The notes under the pieces are model-generated. The model did not search any database. It was given only the letters and a program-made list of their open reading frames with translations, and was not told the origin of the DNA. The translations under genes were made by a program, and so were the position numbers. A DNA stretch of 64,000 nt from an uncultured Verrucomicrobiae bacterium (lineage in GTDB: Bacteria > Verrucomicrobiota > Verrucomicrobiia > Chthoniobacterales > UBA10450): assembly GCA_963735805.1 (NCBI GenBank), contig CAVTMK010000004.1:736001-800000 (forward strand). Direction: 5' to 3'. Positions 1 to 9,883 of this stretch are shown one piece after another (the first letter of the stretch is position 1; every line of letters starts with the position of its first letter).

Positions 1-80
1 CAATCGCAACGTGCCGGTAGGCGCCAACACAAATCACCGAAGACGTTCGGGCTATTTGTACAGAAAGGAAATCCAAAAGT

Positions 81-111
81 AAAGGCGTTCGCCGCAGGGG
101 CGAACGCCTTT
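81..111 (-). terminator. Rho-independent terminator-like hairpin downstream of tail-fibre-like gene 1
   Basis: Perfect 13-bp stem AAAGGCGTTCGCC/GGCGAACGCCTTT, 5-nt loop, followed by ACTTTT on the minus strand, about 50 nt after the stop at 160. Confidence 0.7.
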
Positions 112-159
112 CGAAATTGCCTTGGTGCTTGGCACACAAGGCCACGCTATATAGCAGCT

Positions 160-1287
160 TTAGGGTTTGTTTGTAACTACTTGCGGCGCAGGTTTATTGA
201 CTTCAAGCTGCGCGCTTACCTTTTGGATTTGCCCGGCCTGCTCCTTCAGTTGGGCTGTCAAAACCTCCATCCCCTTCTGTTGCTGCGCGACGGTGGTTTC
301 CAGGCTCTGCACTTTCTTGTGCTCTTTGAGGAACTCGTTGAGCAACATCGCGTTGACCTGCTCGTAGCGCACGGTCGAGATTTCACCATCCTTGTGCTGC
401 ACCACGAGGTCGGGATTCACTGTGGCCACCTCCTCGGCGATCAAACCATATTGAGTCCTACCGTTCTTATCGGCGTTGTATTTGAAGGTCACCGGCTTGA
501 GCGCCAGAATGGCTTCGCTGGCTTTGTCCATCGGTTGAATGTCGTGTTTGAAGCGCCGGGACGACGCGGCGATGCCCACGACGTTAAATTGATCGACAAA
601 TACTGCTTCTTGGGTGCCGACGTCGCTAACCGGTTGATCGAAAATGCTGCCGATGAAGCAGGTGTTATCGAGGACAGCAAAAGGACCTGCACCAGGTACG
701 CCGATCGCGATGCAGTTATTGACGCTTGGTCCCAAACCGGTGCCGGCCTCATCACCGATAGCGACGTTAGAATTACCGTCTACGTTGGCATCGAGTGCAT
801 CATCACCGACCGCTGTGTTAAAGGAGCCCGTTGTGTTGTCAAACATAGCGTCGTCTCCCATCGCATTATTTTGGTCGCCGGTACTGTTCAAAAGCGCGTT
901 ACGACCATGGGCGTTGTTGAAGGTACCGCTGATATTGTTAAACAGCGCGAAGGCACCGACCGCATTGTTATCCGCACCATCCGCGTTACTTAATAGCGCT
1001 CCGGCGCCAACGGCAGTATTCGTACCGCCATTGTCGAGAAGCAACGCTCCCGCGCCTACAGCAGTGTCAAAATTGGCGTCGCTGAGGCTCAGTGCCGCGT
1101 AAAAACCAAAGGCTGAATTGTAAATGCCACTGGTTATGCTCGCAAGGGCAAGTTGGCCATCGGCCGTGTTGCTTAGGGGGACAGAACCTGGATCTGGCGT
1201 GTCTGTGGCGCTTTGCACTTGCTGGCAAAGCCCAAAGCAGACAAGCGTAGACAGGACCGCCGTAAATATAATCGTCCGACTCTTCAT
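160..1287 (-). CDS. Secreted G/N/T-repeat tail-fibre-like protein with C-terminal S74-type intramolecular chaperone and coiled coil
   Basis: Signal peptide; about 14-aa NTAxGxxAL repeats; SSRRFKHDI...LKPVTFKY...YGLIAEEV...VRYEQVNAMLLNEF chaperone signature. Confidence 0.8.
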   Translation of the reverse strand: MKSRTIIFTAVLSTLVCFGLCQQVQSATDTPDPGSVPLSNTADGQLALASITSGIYNSAFGFYAALSLSDANFDTAVGAGALLLDNGGTNTAVGAGALLSNADGADNNAVGAFALFNNISGTFNNAHGRNALLNSTGDQNNAMGDDAMFDNTTGSFNTAVGDDALDANVDGNSNVAIGDEAGTGLGPSVNNCIAIGVPGAGPFAVLDNTCFIGSIFDQPVSDVGTQEAVFVDQFNVVGIAASSRRFKHDIQPMDKASEAILALKPVTFKYNADKNGRTQYGLIAEEVATVNPDLVVQHKDGEISTVRYEQVNAMLLNEFLKEHKKVQSLETTVAQQQKGMEVLTAQLKEQAGQIQKVSAQLEVNKPAPQVVTNKP

Positions 1288-1465
1288 AAGTTAGTTTCTT
1301 TCATTGTTTTTGGCCTTTCCTGAGGTATCCCTGTCGCGCCGCCTACTCGCGAAATACTTTCGGAGGAACCCCGCACCCGCGGGACGAAGGTGGTGCCATC
1401 GCGTCTCATTTGTGGGCCGTTGGCTCATTTTCTTTGCGAGCCTTGTGGCAGAAGCCACGGCACTC

Positions 1466-1471
1466 TGTCAA
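1466..1471 (-). promoter_or_regulatory. Sigma70-like -35 hexamer TTGACA upstream of gene 1 (equivalent copy at 3116-3121 upstream of gene 2)
   Basis: Perfect TTGACA at the equivalent position before both paralogue leaders; -10 element weak. Confidence 0.4.
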
Positions 1472-1730
1472 GAAGAATAGTTCGAATCCATTAAATGGCA
1501 GGTGGATGCCGCAAGGCGGCGCTCCACGAACCAGAGGGTGGATTCGATAAAAGGCAGGTGAACATCCTTATGAGAGGTCCTTCGGTAGGGATATCACCGG
1601 CTCAGCTTTTGATGTTAAAGGCTATAGAACCAGGCAGTTTCATCGGGAACTTTCCTACTTTCCAGCATTCCCTATTGGATTAGCCCGCTGGCGAATCGCT
1701 CGCTGCTGCCTTTGTCCCACACGGCAAGAC

Positions 1731-1761
1731 TGTGGCCGGGGCCTCTCGGACCCCGGCCACA
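1731..1761. repeat. REP-like palindrome / terminator downstream of gene 2
   Basis: TGTGGCCGGGG-N9-CCCCGGCCACA perfect 11-bp stem; same family as 35243, 36314 and 46971. Confidence 0.6.
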
Positions 1762-1786
1762 GGTAACTTATGACGCTAGCTAAGAT

Positions 1787-2938
1787 TTACGGATTCTTAA
1801 GAACCACTTTCGCCGCTGGCTTACCCACTTCGAGTTGCGCGCTTACTTTCTGGATTTGCGCTCCCTGCTCTTTGAGCTGGGCTGTGAGAACCTCCATTCC
1901 CTTTTGTTGCTGGGCGACGGTTGACTTTAACTCCGCGATAGTCGCTTGTTGTACCTCGACCTTTTTGTGTTCTTTGAGGAACTCGTTGAGCAACATCGAG
2001 TTGATCTGCTCGTAATGGACACTGACGGTTTCACCATCCTTACCGTGTGTCACAAGCTTAGGATCCACCTTCTCAACTTCCTCGGCGATCAACCCATACT
2101 GTGTTGTGCCTTTCCAGTCGCTGTTGAATTTGAAGGTTACTGGCTTGAGGCTATAGATCGTTTCACTGGCCTTGTCCATCGGTTGAATGTCATGTTTGTA
2201 TCGCTGGGACGAGTTGAAGATACCTACCACATTAAATTGATCGACAAATACCGCTGTTTGGGTGCCAGGGTCGCTAACTGGTTCACCGAAGATGCTGCCG
2301 ATGAAACAGGTGTTATCGAGAACAGCAAAAGGACCGGCCCCAGGTGCGCCGATCGCGATGCAGTTGTTGACGCTTGCCCCCAAACCGGTGCCGGCCTCGT
2401 CACCGACAGCTACGTTGAAACTACCGTCTACGTTATTACGGAGCGCGTCATCACCAATGGCAGTGTTACTGGCACCCGATGTGTTGTTTTCCATGGCAAG
2501 ATCACCGAACGCATTATTTTCACTGCCGTCTACGTTCAAGAATAGCGCTTCGCGTCCGTGGGCATTGTTGAAGGTTCCGGTGGTATTGCTGAACAGTCCG
2601 AAAGCGCCACACACATTGTTATCTGACCCGGTGCTGTTACTAAGCAGCGCCCCCGCGCCAACGGCTGTATTCGTGCCAGAAGTGTCGAGAAGCAACGCTC
2701 CCGCGCCTACAGCAGTGTCAAAGCTAGCATCGCTGAGGCTCAGTGCCGCGTAAAAGCCAAAGGCTGAATTGTAAATGCCAGTGGTTATGCTCGCAAGGGC
2801 GAGTTGCCCGTCGGCCGTGTTGCTTAGGGGGACAGAACCTGGATCTGGCGTGTCTGTGGCGCTTTGCACTTGCTGGCAAAGCCCAAAGCAGACAAGCGCG
2901 GATAGGACCGTCGTAAATATGATTCTCCGACTTTTCAT
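1787..2938 (-). CDS. Secreted tail-fibre-like repeat protein with S74-type chaperone (tandem paralogue of 160..1287)
   Basis: Near-identical N-terminus to gene 1; SSQRYKHDIQPM...YGLIAEEV motif. Confidence 0.8.
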   Translation of the reverse strand: MKSRRIIFTTVLSALVCFGLCQQVQSATDTPDPGSVPLSNTADGQLALASITTGIYNSAFGFYAALSLSDASFDTAVGAGALLLDTSGTNTAVGAGALLSNSTGSDNNVCGAFGLFSNTTGTFNNAHGREALFLNVDGSENNAFGDLAMENNTSGASNTAIGDDALRNNVDGSFNVAVGDEAGTGLGASVNNCIAIGAPGAGPFAVLDNTCFIGSIFGEPVSDPGTQTAVFVDQFNVVGIFNSSQRYKHDIQPMDKASETIYSLKPVTFKFNSDWKGTTQYGLIAEEVEKVDPKLVTHGKDGETVSVHYEQINSMLLNEFLKEHKKVEVQQATIAELKSTVAQQQKGMEVLTAQLKEQGAQIQKVSAQLEVGKPAAKVVLKNP

Positions 2939-3406
2939 TAGTTAGTTTCTTTCATTGTTTTTGGCCTTTCCTGAGATATCCCTGCCGCGCCGCCTCCTCG
3001 CGAAATACTTTCGGAGTAGCCCCGCACCCGCAGGGCGAAGGCGACACCATTACGTCTCATTTCTGGCCGTTTGTTCATTTCGTTCGCGGGCGTTTTGTCA
3101 GAAATGCAGCTCGAATGTCAACCCCTAAACATGACAAACTTGTAATTGTGTTTTGGTACGGACGGCGCTGCGCAACCCAACAACTGCCCTGAGTTGCCCA
3201 AAAGTGCCCGGCACGGTCGCCTCCATCAGCGCCGGAATAGCGTTACAGAGGTTTTCTTCGCTCTCAGGGAGCACCGGAGGCCTTTAGCGGCTGAGCGAAG
3301 CTGTAATGGTAAAGTGACCACGTTGGCCTTACAAAGCAGCTTCATGGACTACCTAGGGGCTAACTTTCCTGCTTTCCTGCGTTCTTGATTCGCCTAATTT
3401 CCTCTC

Positions 3407-4450
3407 GTGCAGAAAATGATGAAGGCCATCGTCAAAGCCAAAGCCGAGCCGGGATTGTGGCTCGAAGACGTTCCTATCCCTGAAGTCCGTGGCGGCGACG
3501 TGCTCATTCGTGTCTTGAAAGCGTCGATCTGCGGAACCGATGTTCACATTTACAACTGGGACGCGTGGGCGCAGAAAACGATTCCTGTGCCGATGACTAT
3601 CGGCCACGAGTTCGTGGGCGTTGTCGATGACGTGGGCGATCACGTGAGAGGATTTGCTAAGGGTGACGTCGTAGTAGGCGAGGGGCATATCACATGCGGA
3701 CATTGTCGTAATTGCCTGGCGGGACGGCGTCATCTTTGCCCCAATACGCAGGGCGTGGGCGTGAATCGTCCCGGCGCGTGGGCGGAATTTGTGGCGATTC
3801 CTCAAGACAATTGCTGGCATGCGGATCCATCGATCCCGCTGGATGTGCTTTCCTGTTTCGATCCGTTAGGTAACGCGGTGCACACCGCGCTCTCGTTCGA
3901 TTTGGTCGGCGAAGATGTGCTTATCACTGGCGCCGGACCGATCGGCTGCATGGCCATTCCGATCTGCAAACGCGCCGGGGCGCGTCACGTCGTGATTACC
4001 GATGTGAATCCGTATCGTCTCGATCTTGCCAGAAAGATGGGCGTTGACGTTGCGCTGGACGTACGCACCGAAAAAGTCAGTGAAGCGACGCAAACGCTCG
4101 GCATGAAGGAAGGGTTCGACGTTGCACTGGAGATGTCCGGCAATCCGAAAGCATTCGCGGATATTCTGCCAAACATGTTTCACGGCGGGAAAATCGCGCT
4201 GCTCGGGATCATGCCTGGGAGTGCCGCAATTGATTGGAACCTGGTGGTCTTCAATCAGCTGACCATCAGAGGGATTTATGGCAGGGAAATGTATGAAACC
4301 TGGTACAAAATGACCGCCATGATCCAGTCCGGCCTCGACATCTCGCCGGTGATCACGCACCGCTTCCCCTACACGAAGTTCAAGGAAGCCATCGACCTGA
4401 TGAAGTCCGGCAACTCCGGCAAAATTGTTCTCAATTGGGGCGAACGCTGA
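3407..4450 (+). CDS. tdh: L-threonine 3-dehydrogenase
   Basis: [32 protein letters not shown] Zn motif, [14 protein letters not shown]. Confidence 0.95.
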   Translation: MQKMMKAIVKAKAEPGLWLEDVPIPEVRGGDVLIRVLKASICGTDVHIYNWDAWAQKTIPVPMTIGHEFVGVVDDVGDHVRGFAKGDVVVGEGHITCGHCRNCLAGRRHLCPNTQGVGVNRPGAWAEFVAIPQDNCWHADPSIPLDVLSCFDPLGNAVHTALSFDLVGEDVLITGAGPIGCMAIPICKRAGARHVVITDVNPYRLDLARKMGVDVALDVRTEKVSEATQTLGMKEGFDVALEMSGNPKAFADILPNMFHGGKIALLGIMPGSAAIDWNLVVFNQLTIRGIYGREMYETWYKMTAMIQSGLDISPVITHRFPYTKFKEAIDLMKSGNSGKIVLNWGER

Positions 4451-4513
4451 ACATCAGCCGCGGATCGCGCAGCTTTTACCTTCCGATACTTCTGCTCGGC
4501 CAGTCGGAATGTG

Positions 4514-5257
4514 CTATCGGAGTGACGCCGCTTCGTTATGCCGGCCCTCAAGCTCAAGCACCATCCGCTTGATGTGCCTGTAATCCTGATGGCGGCGGAG
4601 GAACTGCAAACTTTCCTGTGGATCGCCCCATTGCATGATCTCGATTGTCTCCTGACGTGCGCCCCAGGAATTCATTTCATGTTGATTCGGCATGTAGAGA
4701 TCGATCGTGTTGCGGCCGGCGAGAGCCCAGCCGTAATCGTCTACACGATAAATCTGACTGGTCGATAACAGGCGAAAGGTTGTTCCCGCCGGCCAACGCG
4801 ACCAATCAGCGGCAGCGCTGCCGATCCGCGGTTTAGAGACGATAACGGCGCGCCTGACGGTCCGAGTCGCGTTCGTTCCGCGTTTCGCCGTCCGGGTGAC
4901 CGTTCGCGTTTCTTCCATTGAGAATGGTTGAAGGCGCGGCGAAGCAGCATCGTCCACCGGCACGGCGCGAGGAGCATCATCGACGGGAATGGCGCGCCGC
5001 GTTACTTCGGCTCGGTGGATGGGCGGGCCGGCCGCCTGTAACTCTCCGCCCAAGGCGTTATGATTACCGTATTCGAGATGGTCTGACTCAGTGTGCGTGT
5101 ACGCTGTGGTGCGCACATGTTGAAAGTCCGTTTTGGCTAGTGGGGGTTCATAAGCCGGAAGTGCATGATGGCTCGTTCCGCAGGCGCTGAGGAGAACGAT
5201 GGCGATAAACGCCGCTAGAATAGCCCAGGCAAGATTACGACGGTCAGCGTAGGTCAA
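4514..5257 (-). CDS. 3D-domain (lytic transglycosylase-like) lipoprotein
   Basis: Lipobox LLSAC; TTAYT, AAADWS, VDDYG...NTIDLY 3D-domain motifs. Confidence 0.75.
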   Translation of the reverse strand: MTYADRRNLAWAILAAFIAIVLLSACGTSHHALPAYEPPLAKTDFQHVRTTAYTHTESDHLEYGNHNALGGELQAAGPPIHRAEVTRRAIPVDDAPRAVPVDDAASPRLQPFSMEETRTVTRTAKRGTNATRTVRRAVIVSKPRIGSAAADWSRWPAGTTFRLLSTSQIYRVDDYGWALAGRNTIDLYMPNQHEMNSWGARQETIEIMQWGDPQESLQFLRRHQDYRHIKRMVLELEGRHNEAASLR

Positions 5258-5446
5258 GGCAAACCACCGGCAAACTTATTAACAGTTATTCACAGGACCG
5301 CAAGCCATTTTTTACGCATGTTGCAGCCGTCTCTCTGTGAAGGCGCTCGATGCGCTAACGACCCACACGCGGCGCCGCGCAGCGGGTCTGCGTGTTTCAG
5401 ATTGGATTTTGTCTCTGCGTCTAAATCCGCGTAATCTGTGGACTCT

Positions 5447-6634
5447 ATGGTTTCCGAATTCGAAAATCAGGTAGCTCAAACTCTCGAAGAGATTAAGTCG
5501 CAAAATCTTTTCAAAACCGAGCGCATCATCACCAGCCCGCAGGATGCGCACATTGCGATCACGGGCGGGAAGCGCGTGCTCAACATGTGTGCGAACAATT
5601 ATCTCGGGCTTGCCGATCATCCCGCGCTGATCGCTGCGGCCAAAGAGGCGCTCGACACCCACGGCTTTGGGATGGCCAGTGTGCGTTTCATTTGTGGCAC
5701 ACAGGATATTCACAAGGAGCTCGAAGCGGCGCTTACCAAATTCCTCGGGACCGAAGATACAATTCTTTATCCGTCATGTTTCGACGCAAATGGCGGCTTG
5801 TTCGAGACGTTGCTTACGGAGAAAGACGCGGTGATCAGCGACGAATTGAATCACGCCAGCATCATCGACGGCATCCGGCTCTGCAAAGCGCAACGCTTTC
5901 GTTACAAGCACGACGACATGGCCGATCTCGAAGCGCAACTCCGTGCTGCAAAGGATGCGCGCTTCCGATTAATCGCCACCGACGGCTGTTTCTCGATGGA
6001 CGGGACCATTGCTGATCTCAAGTCGATTGTTGAGCTCGCAGAAAAATACAATGCGCTGACGATGATGGATGACGCGCACGCAACTGGATTCCTCGGCAAG
6101 ACGGGGAGGGGCACACACGAATATCGCGGCGTGATGGGCAAGATCGATATTATTACGGGCACACTTGGCAAAGCGCTCGGCGGAGCCAGCGGCGGTTTTA
6201 CCAGCGGGCGCAGGAAGATTGTCGATCTTTTGCGGCAACGCTCACGGCCCTATTTGTTTTCCAATACAATTGCACCACCGGTGGTCGCCGCGTCGCTGAA
6301 GGCGCTCGAACTGCTCAGTGCGTCGACCGAACTGCGCGACAAGCTTGAAGAGAACACAAAATATTTTCGTGCCGCGTTGACCGAGCGTGGCCTGACGATA
6401 AAGCCGGGAGTTCATCCTATTGTCCCAATTATGATTGGCGACGCCGCCAAATCACAAAAGTTCGCTGCTCGAATGCTTGAGAAAGGCGTTTATGTCATCG
6501 GGTTTTTCTACCCGGTCGTTCCGCATGGCACCGCGCGTGTCCGTACACAGGTTTCGGCAGCGCATTCGCGCAAAGATTTGGAATTTGCTGTCAACGCTTT
6601 CGCGGAAACTAACGAGGAACTCAAAGAGGGGTAA
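5447..6634 (+). CDS. kbl: 2-amino-3-ketobutyrate CoA ligase (glycine C-acetyltransferase)
   Basis: [46 protein letters not shown] motif, [11 protein letters not shown]. Confidence 0.95.
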   Translation: MVSEFENQVAQTLEEIKSQNLFKTERIITSPQDAHIAITGGKRVLNMCANNYLGLADHPALIAAAKEALDTHGFGMASVRFICGTQDIHKELEAALTKFLGTEDTILYPSCFDANGGLFETLLTEKDAVISDELNHASIIDGIRLCKAQRFRYKHDDMADLEAQLRAAKDARFRLIATDGCFSMDGTIADLKSIVELAEKYNALTMMDDAHATGFLGKTGRGTHEYRGVMGKIDIITGTLGKALGGASGGFTSGRRKIVDLLRQRSRPYLFSNTIAPPVVAASLKALELLSASTELRDKLEENTKYFRAALTERGLTIKPGVHPIVPIMIGDAAKSQKFAARMLEKGVYVIGFFYPVVPHGTARVRTQVSAAHSRKDLEFAVNAFAETNEELKEG

Positions 6635-6995
6635 ACGTCCGAGCTTCAAAAAGGTGGATCGGCTTCTCTGAAGACGATGCCATCAAGTAACCGGCGAAGG
6701 CGCAGATATCAGCGGCGAAGCCGGCAGCCGTTAGCCAACGCGTTGAGGACAACGCGTTCCACCTTTACCCGTGGTTCCCATCACTTTTTTGTACTACCAC
6801 AATAGCCTTGCGCGCCGCGGGCCGTTTTTTCTACCCTCCGTCGCGACCGTAAATGTTCGGTTTCGAATGAAATCGGGCAACTTTAGGCGGTAAAAACCGG
6901 AGAAATACTTTGATGCCGTTTGAGGGCGGGAAAATCCCTGTGTCTATAGAGGTCAGTGGTCCATTGAACAATTCCTCTGAAAGGAGTGGACTGTT

Positions 6996-7847
6996 TTGAA
7001 CCACGTCCAAGGCGTCGACCTCAGTGCTGCGGTCCCAAAAGCGTCTGCGTTCGGTTCCGGCCTTGGGGGATTCTGGGAGAAACCGCGACGATCCACTGCG
7101 ATCACGCTCGCTGCCATTGCCGGCATGCTTTTCATTGGATTTTTGACGGTGGTGCTTTCCGGGCGAGCAGCGGTCCTGGTCCTGGATCATCCGTCGCTGC
7201 ACTTCTTTTATCCCTTCACGATTCAAAACATTATGCACGTGATCTTTTTCGTCGCATTGGGCGAACTCTTCGTTCGATGGCGGACGGCGGTGCGAGAAAA
7301 GAATTTTCTGAAAGCGCATTTTCTTCCAGAGGACGACCGGACAGTTTTGGTCTCACACGATCTCGGCCCGATCCGCCGGCAAGTGGCCAATTTATTCGAT
7401 CACGAAAACGGCTTCTTGCCGTCGTTGATTAATCTGGCGATCCTTCAGTTCCAATCGAGCTCGTCGGTCGAACAAGCTGCCGGCGTCATGAGTCAGCAGT
7501 TGGAGTTGATGGCGAATCGCCTCGATTTGCGTTACGGCTTGGTGCGCTTTATCGCCTGGGTGGTTCCCACGCTCGGATTTATCGGCACCGTGTATTCTTT
7601 GGGAGCATCGCTGTCTTCGGCGGGCGATCCGAGCAAGGCGCTCGACCTGCACGAGGTCGCTAAGACACTGGGCGTCGGCTTTGACTGCACCATGGTGGCA
7701 CTCGTGGAAAGCGCCATTCTGGTGTTCCTGCTGCATCTTGTGCAGGAACGTGAAGAATCGGCTTTGAACGGAGCCGGTGACTACACTCTGCGAAACTTGA
7801 TCAATCGCCTCTACGCCGCGCCGGCGGAAGAGAAAGAGAACGAATGA
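6996..7847 (+). CDS. MotA/TolQ/ExbB proton-channel family protein
   Basis: WVVPTLGFIGTV and LGVGFDCTMVAL transmembrane motifs; TTG start. Confidence 0.8.
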   Translation: MNHVQGVDLSAAVPKASAFGSGLGGFWEKPRRSTAITLAAIAGMLFIGFLTVVLSGRAAVLVLDHPSLHFFYPFTIQNIMHVIFFVALGELFVRWRTAVREKNFLKAHFLPEDDRTVLVSHDLGPIRRQVANLFDHENGFLPSLINLAILQFQSSSSVEQAAGVMSQQLELMANRLDLRYGLVRFIAWVVPTLGFIGTVYSLGASLSSAGDPSKALDLHEVAKTLGVGFDCTMVALVESAILVFLLHLVQEREESALNGAGDYTLRNLINRLYAAPAEEKENE

Positions 7848-8857
7848 GAGCGCGATCGCGTGAGATCAACATCTTTAATATGTCGCTGCTCGACATTTTG
7901 TGCGGCGCTCTTGGAGCGTTTTGCTTCATGATGCTGGTGCTTCTGCCGTATTACAAACCACCCGGTAAAGAGACCGATCTTCACAAGCAGGAAGTCAAAA
8001 CGCAGGATTTGCTCGACGAACTGAACAAACTCCGCGCACAGGCACAGGATTCAGCGATTGCGCAACAAATGACGCAGTTAGTACAAAAATTGCAGGACCA
8101 GTTAAAGCAGATGCAAGGGCAGCTCAATCAGATGGCAGCAGAAAACGACCAACTGAAGAGCCAGAACGAGAATCTGTCGGCAAAGAGCGAAAAGCAAGCG
8201 CGCCAGCTTGACATGCGCCATCCGTTCCTTCTGTCGGTGGCGAGTTATCCTCCACAGGAGCTGGATATGTATCTGGAGAGTGACAGCATCACCGAAAAAA
8301 ACCAATCAAATCCGGCGTTTGATCCCAGCAAGGCGCACCAGCCAACTTTCTTCAACGGCGATGTCGCTGGTTGGTGGGGAGCCAGCGGCGTCACGACTTG
8401 GATGACTCGAGACGCACCAGCTTCCTCGCGTTACAAACTTTATGTGAAGGTCGCACCACCCGCTAACCCATCCAGTTCTCCTGCGACAACAACGGTAAAG
8501 GGCCTGGCATTTAGCGATGCTTGGAGCCTGACCTTGCCGGATGTGACGTTGACCCCGGCGCGATTCTGGACCCTCGTAGGCACCTTTTCAGTAACGAAGG
8601 AAGGAAAACCGGCGTTTCAGGAAGCGACGCAAGCCGAACGCGACGCTGAGTGGAGTAAGTTATCGAAATCGTCTCCGCCGCCGCTGGCCAAACCGACGAC
8701 GACACCAGGGCCGGCGATGCCTTTCCCAGTCCAAACAGTGCAGCCCAGTACAGCGCCGCTCTCGCCTGAAGAGAGGCGCACACTCTTGGAAAAACTAGAA
8801 AAGCAGCGCCGGGAGCAATACACCCCGGCTGGAGCAACACCTTCACGATCGCCATGA
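7844..8857 (+). CDS. ExbD/MotB-like single-pass membrane protein with coiled coil
   Basis: N-terminal SLLDILCGALGAF helix with Asp; Gln-rich coiled coil; ATGA overlap with upstream gene. Confidence 0.6.
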   Translation: MRARSREINIFNMSLLDILCGALGAFCFMMLVLLPYYKPPGKETDLHKQEVKTQDLLDELNKLRAQAQDSAIAQQMTQLVQKLQDQLKQMQGQLNQMAAENDQLKSQNENLSAKSEKQARQLDMRHPFLLSVASYPPQELDMYLESDSITEKNQSNPAFDPSKAHQPTFFNGDVAGWWGASGVTTWMTRDAPASSRYKLYVKVAPPANPSSSPATTTVKGLAFSDAWSLTLPDVTLTPARFWTLVGTFSVTKEGKPAFQEATQAERDAEWSKLSKSSPPPLAKPTTTPGPAMPFPVQTVQPSTAPLSPEERRTLLEKLEKQRREQYTPAGATPSRSP

Positions 8858-9729
8858 CAAGCCGGGTGCGTTGCAGCTGTGGACGGGTTTACGACCCGGC
8901 GAAACACACGACGTGTCCCGAGTGCGGCGCGGAATCCGCGGTAGAATCAGTTGTCGTCGCTGAAAAGGTTAAATCGCCCGTTCCGCCAGAGCTCGATCGT
9001 GAGTCGACGCAGAGTGGTGTTGCGGGAGCGACAGGGACCACAGGGGGCAGAGAAGGTCAGGCCCAACGCGCCGGATTCTTGAAGGATAGGCCGTGGCCGA
9101 TTTACGCTGGGGCGGGTGCATTCGTGTTGGTGATTCTTTTTTTCCTGCTTCGGTCCCAGCATGGGGAGCAACTCGTCAAGAAAGGTGGCGAACGGTCACC
9201 GCCAGTTCCTCAGGAAGCGTCGCCAACCCCAGCTATCTCGATCTCGCCATCTGCAGTACCCACGACTCCGACCGTGACGCCGGAAAGCCCGACACCGGCA
9301 TCATCGGCGGCGCCCTCCTTCGCGCCGGATGGCTTTCAATTGGACCCCCGTCTCATCGGGTCGTGGGAGACCAAAGGCCCTTGGCCGCCCAACTCCGACC
9401 GAGTACAAACCGTCCATTGGACAATTGAAACGGATGGACATTTCACCTTTTCGGGGCCCTGGTCAGACGCAGGGGCAATCACCGCATCGAGCGGCAAGAT
9501 GAAATGGTTTTCCAACAACGGCAGCCAGCCGGCGGATCTCACTTACGAGTTCAACGGCGACTCGCTGGTCACGCACGGTCCGCTTGGTGACGCACTGTGG
9601 TGGCGGGCCAAGCGTTCCAGCCAGCAATCAAGGCGTTCCACCCGTGACAAACCAAGAAGAAACACCGCGCCGGACGACGCAGTGAGACGCGAGATTCTCA
9701 GGAGAATGTTCAACCATTTTCCGCGGTGA
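8854..9729 (+). CDS. Zinc-ribbon, single-TM, Pro-rich membrane protein
   Basis: CSCG...CPECG N-terminus, hydrophobic helix, Pro/Ser/Thr linker; ATGA overlap. Confidence 0.6.
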   Translation: MTSRVRCSCGRVYDPAKHTTCPECGAESAVESVVVAEKVKSPVPPELDRESTQSGVAGATGTTGGREGQAQRAGFLKDRPWPIYAGAGAFVLVILFFLLRSQHGEQLVKKGGERSPPVPQEASPTPAISISPSAVPTTPTVTPESPTPASSAAPSFAPDGFQLDPRLIGSWETKGPWPPNSDRVQTVHWTIETDGHFTFSGPWSDAGAITASSGKMKWFSNNGSQPADLTYEFNGDSLVTHGPLGDALWWRAKRSSQQSRRSTRDKPRRNTAPDDAVRREILRRMFNHFPR

Positions 9730-9883
9730 GCTGACGTGACTCATTTGCTCGCTCTCTTGGTGTTGCTCGCAGTTTAGACGTCGTCGGTCAGGATAAAATC
9801 CACGGACTCGAAAGTTGCCGACGCGAGACATCGGGTCCCGCTACGACATTCCTCGACTTGGACTGGACTGATGATCACTTCGT

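Noticed and set aside
160..2938. Prophage suggested by tail-fibre/S74 domains
   Set aside because: The proteins carry signal peptides, and no capsid, terminase, portal or integrase gene is present in the window
2955..3072. Glycine riboswitch (CCGAA...CTCAGG-AAAGG resemblance, next to tdh/kbl)
   Set aside because: Lacks the GGAGA/CCGAAG core, points away from tdh, and the middle is explained by a repeat insertion; an Rfam scan would settle it
4144..4160. TCCGAAAGCATTCGCG in tdh resembling the 24-nt micro-element
   Set aside because: Encodes a normal-length Tdh segment (GNPKAF) with no apparent indel
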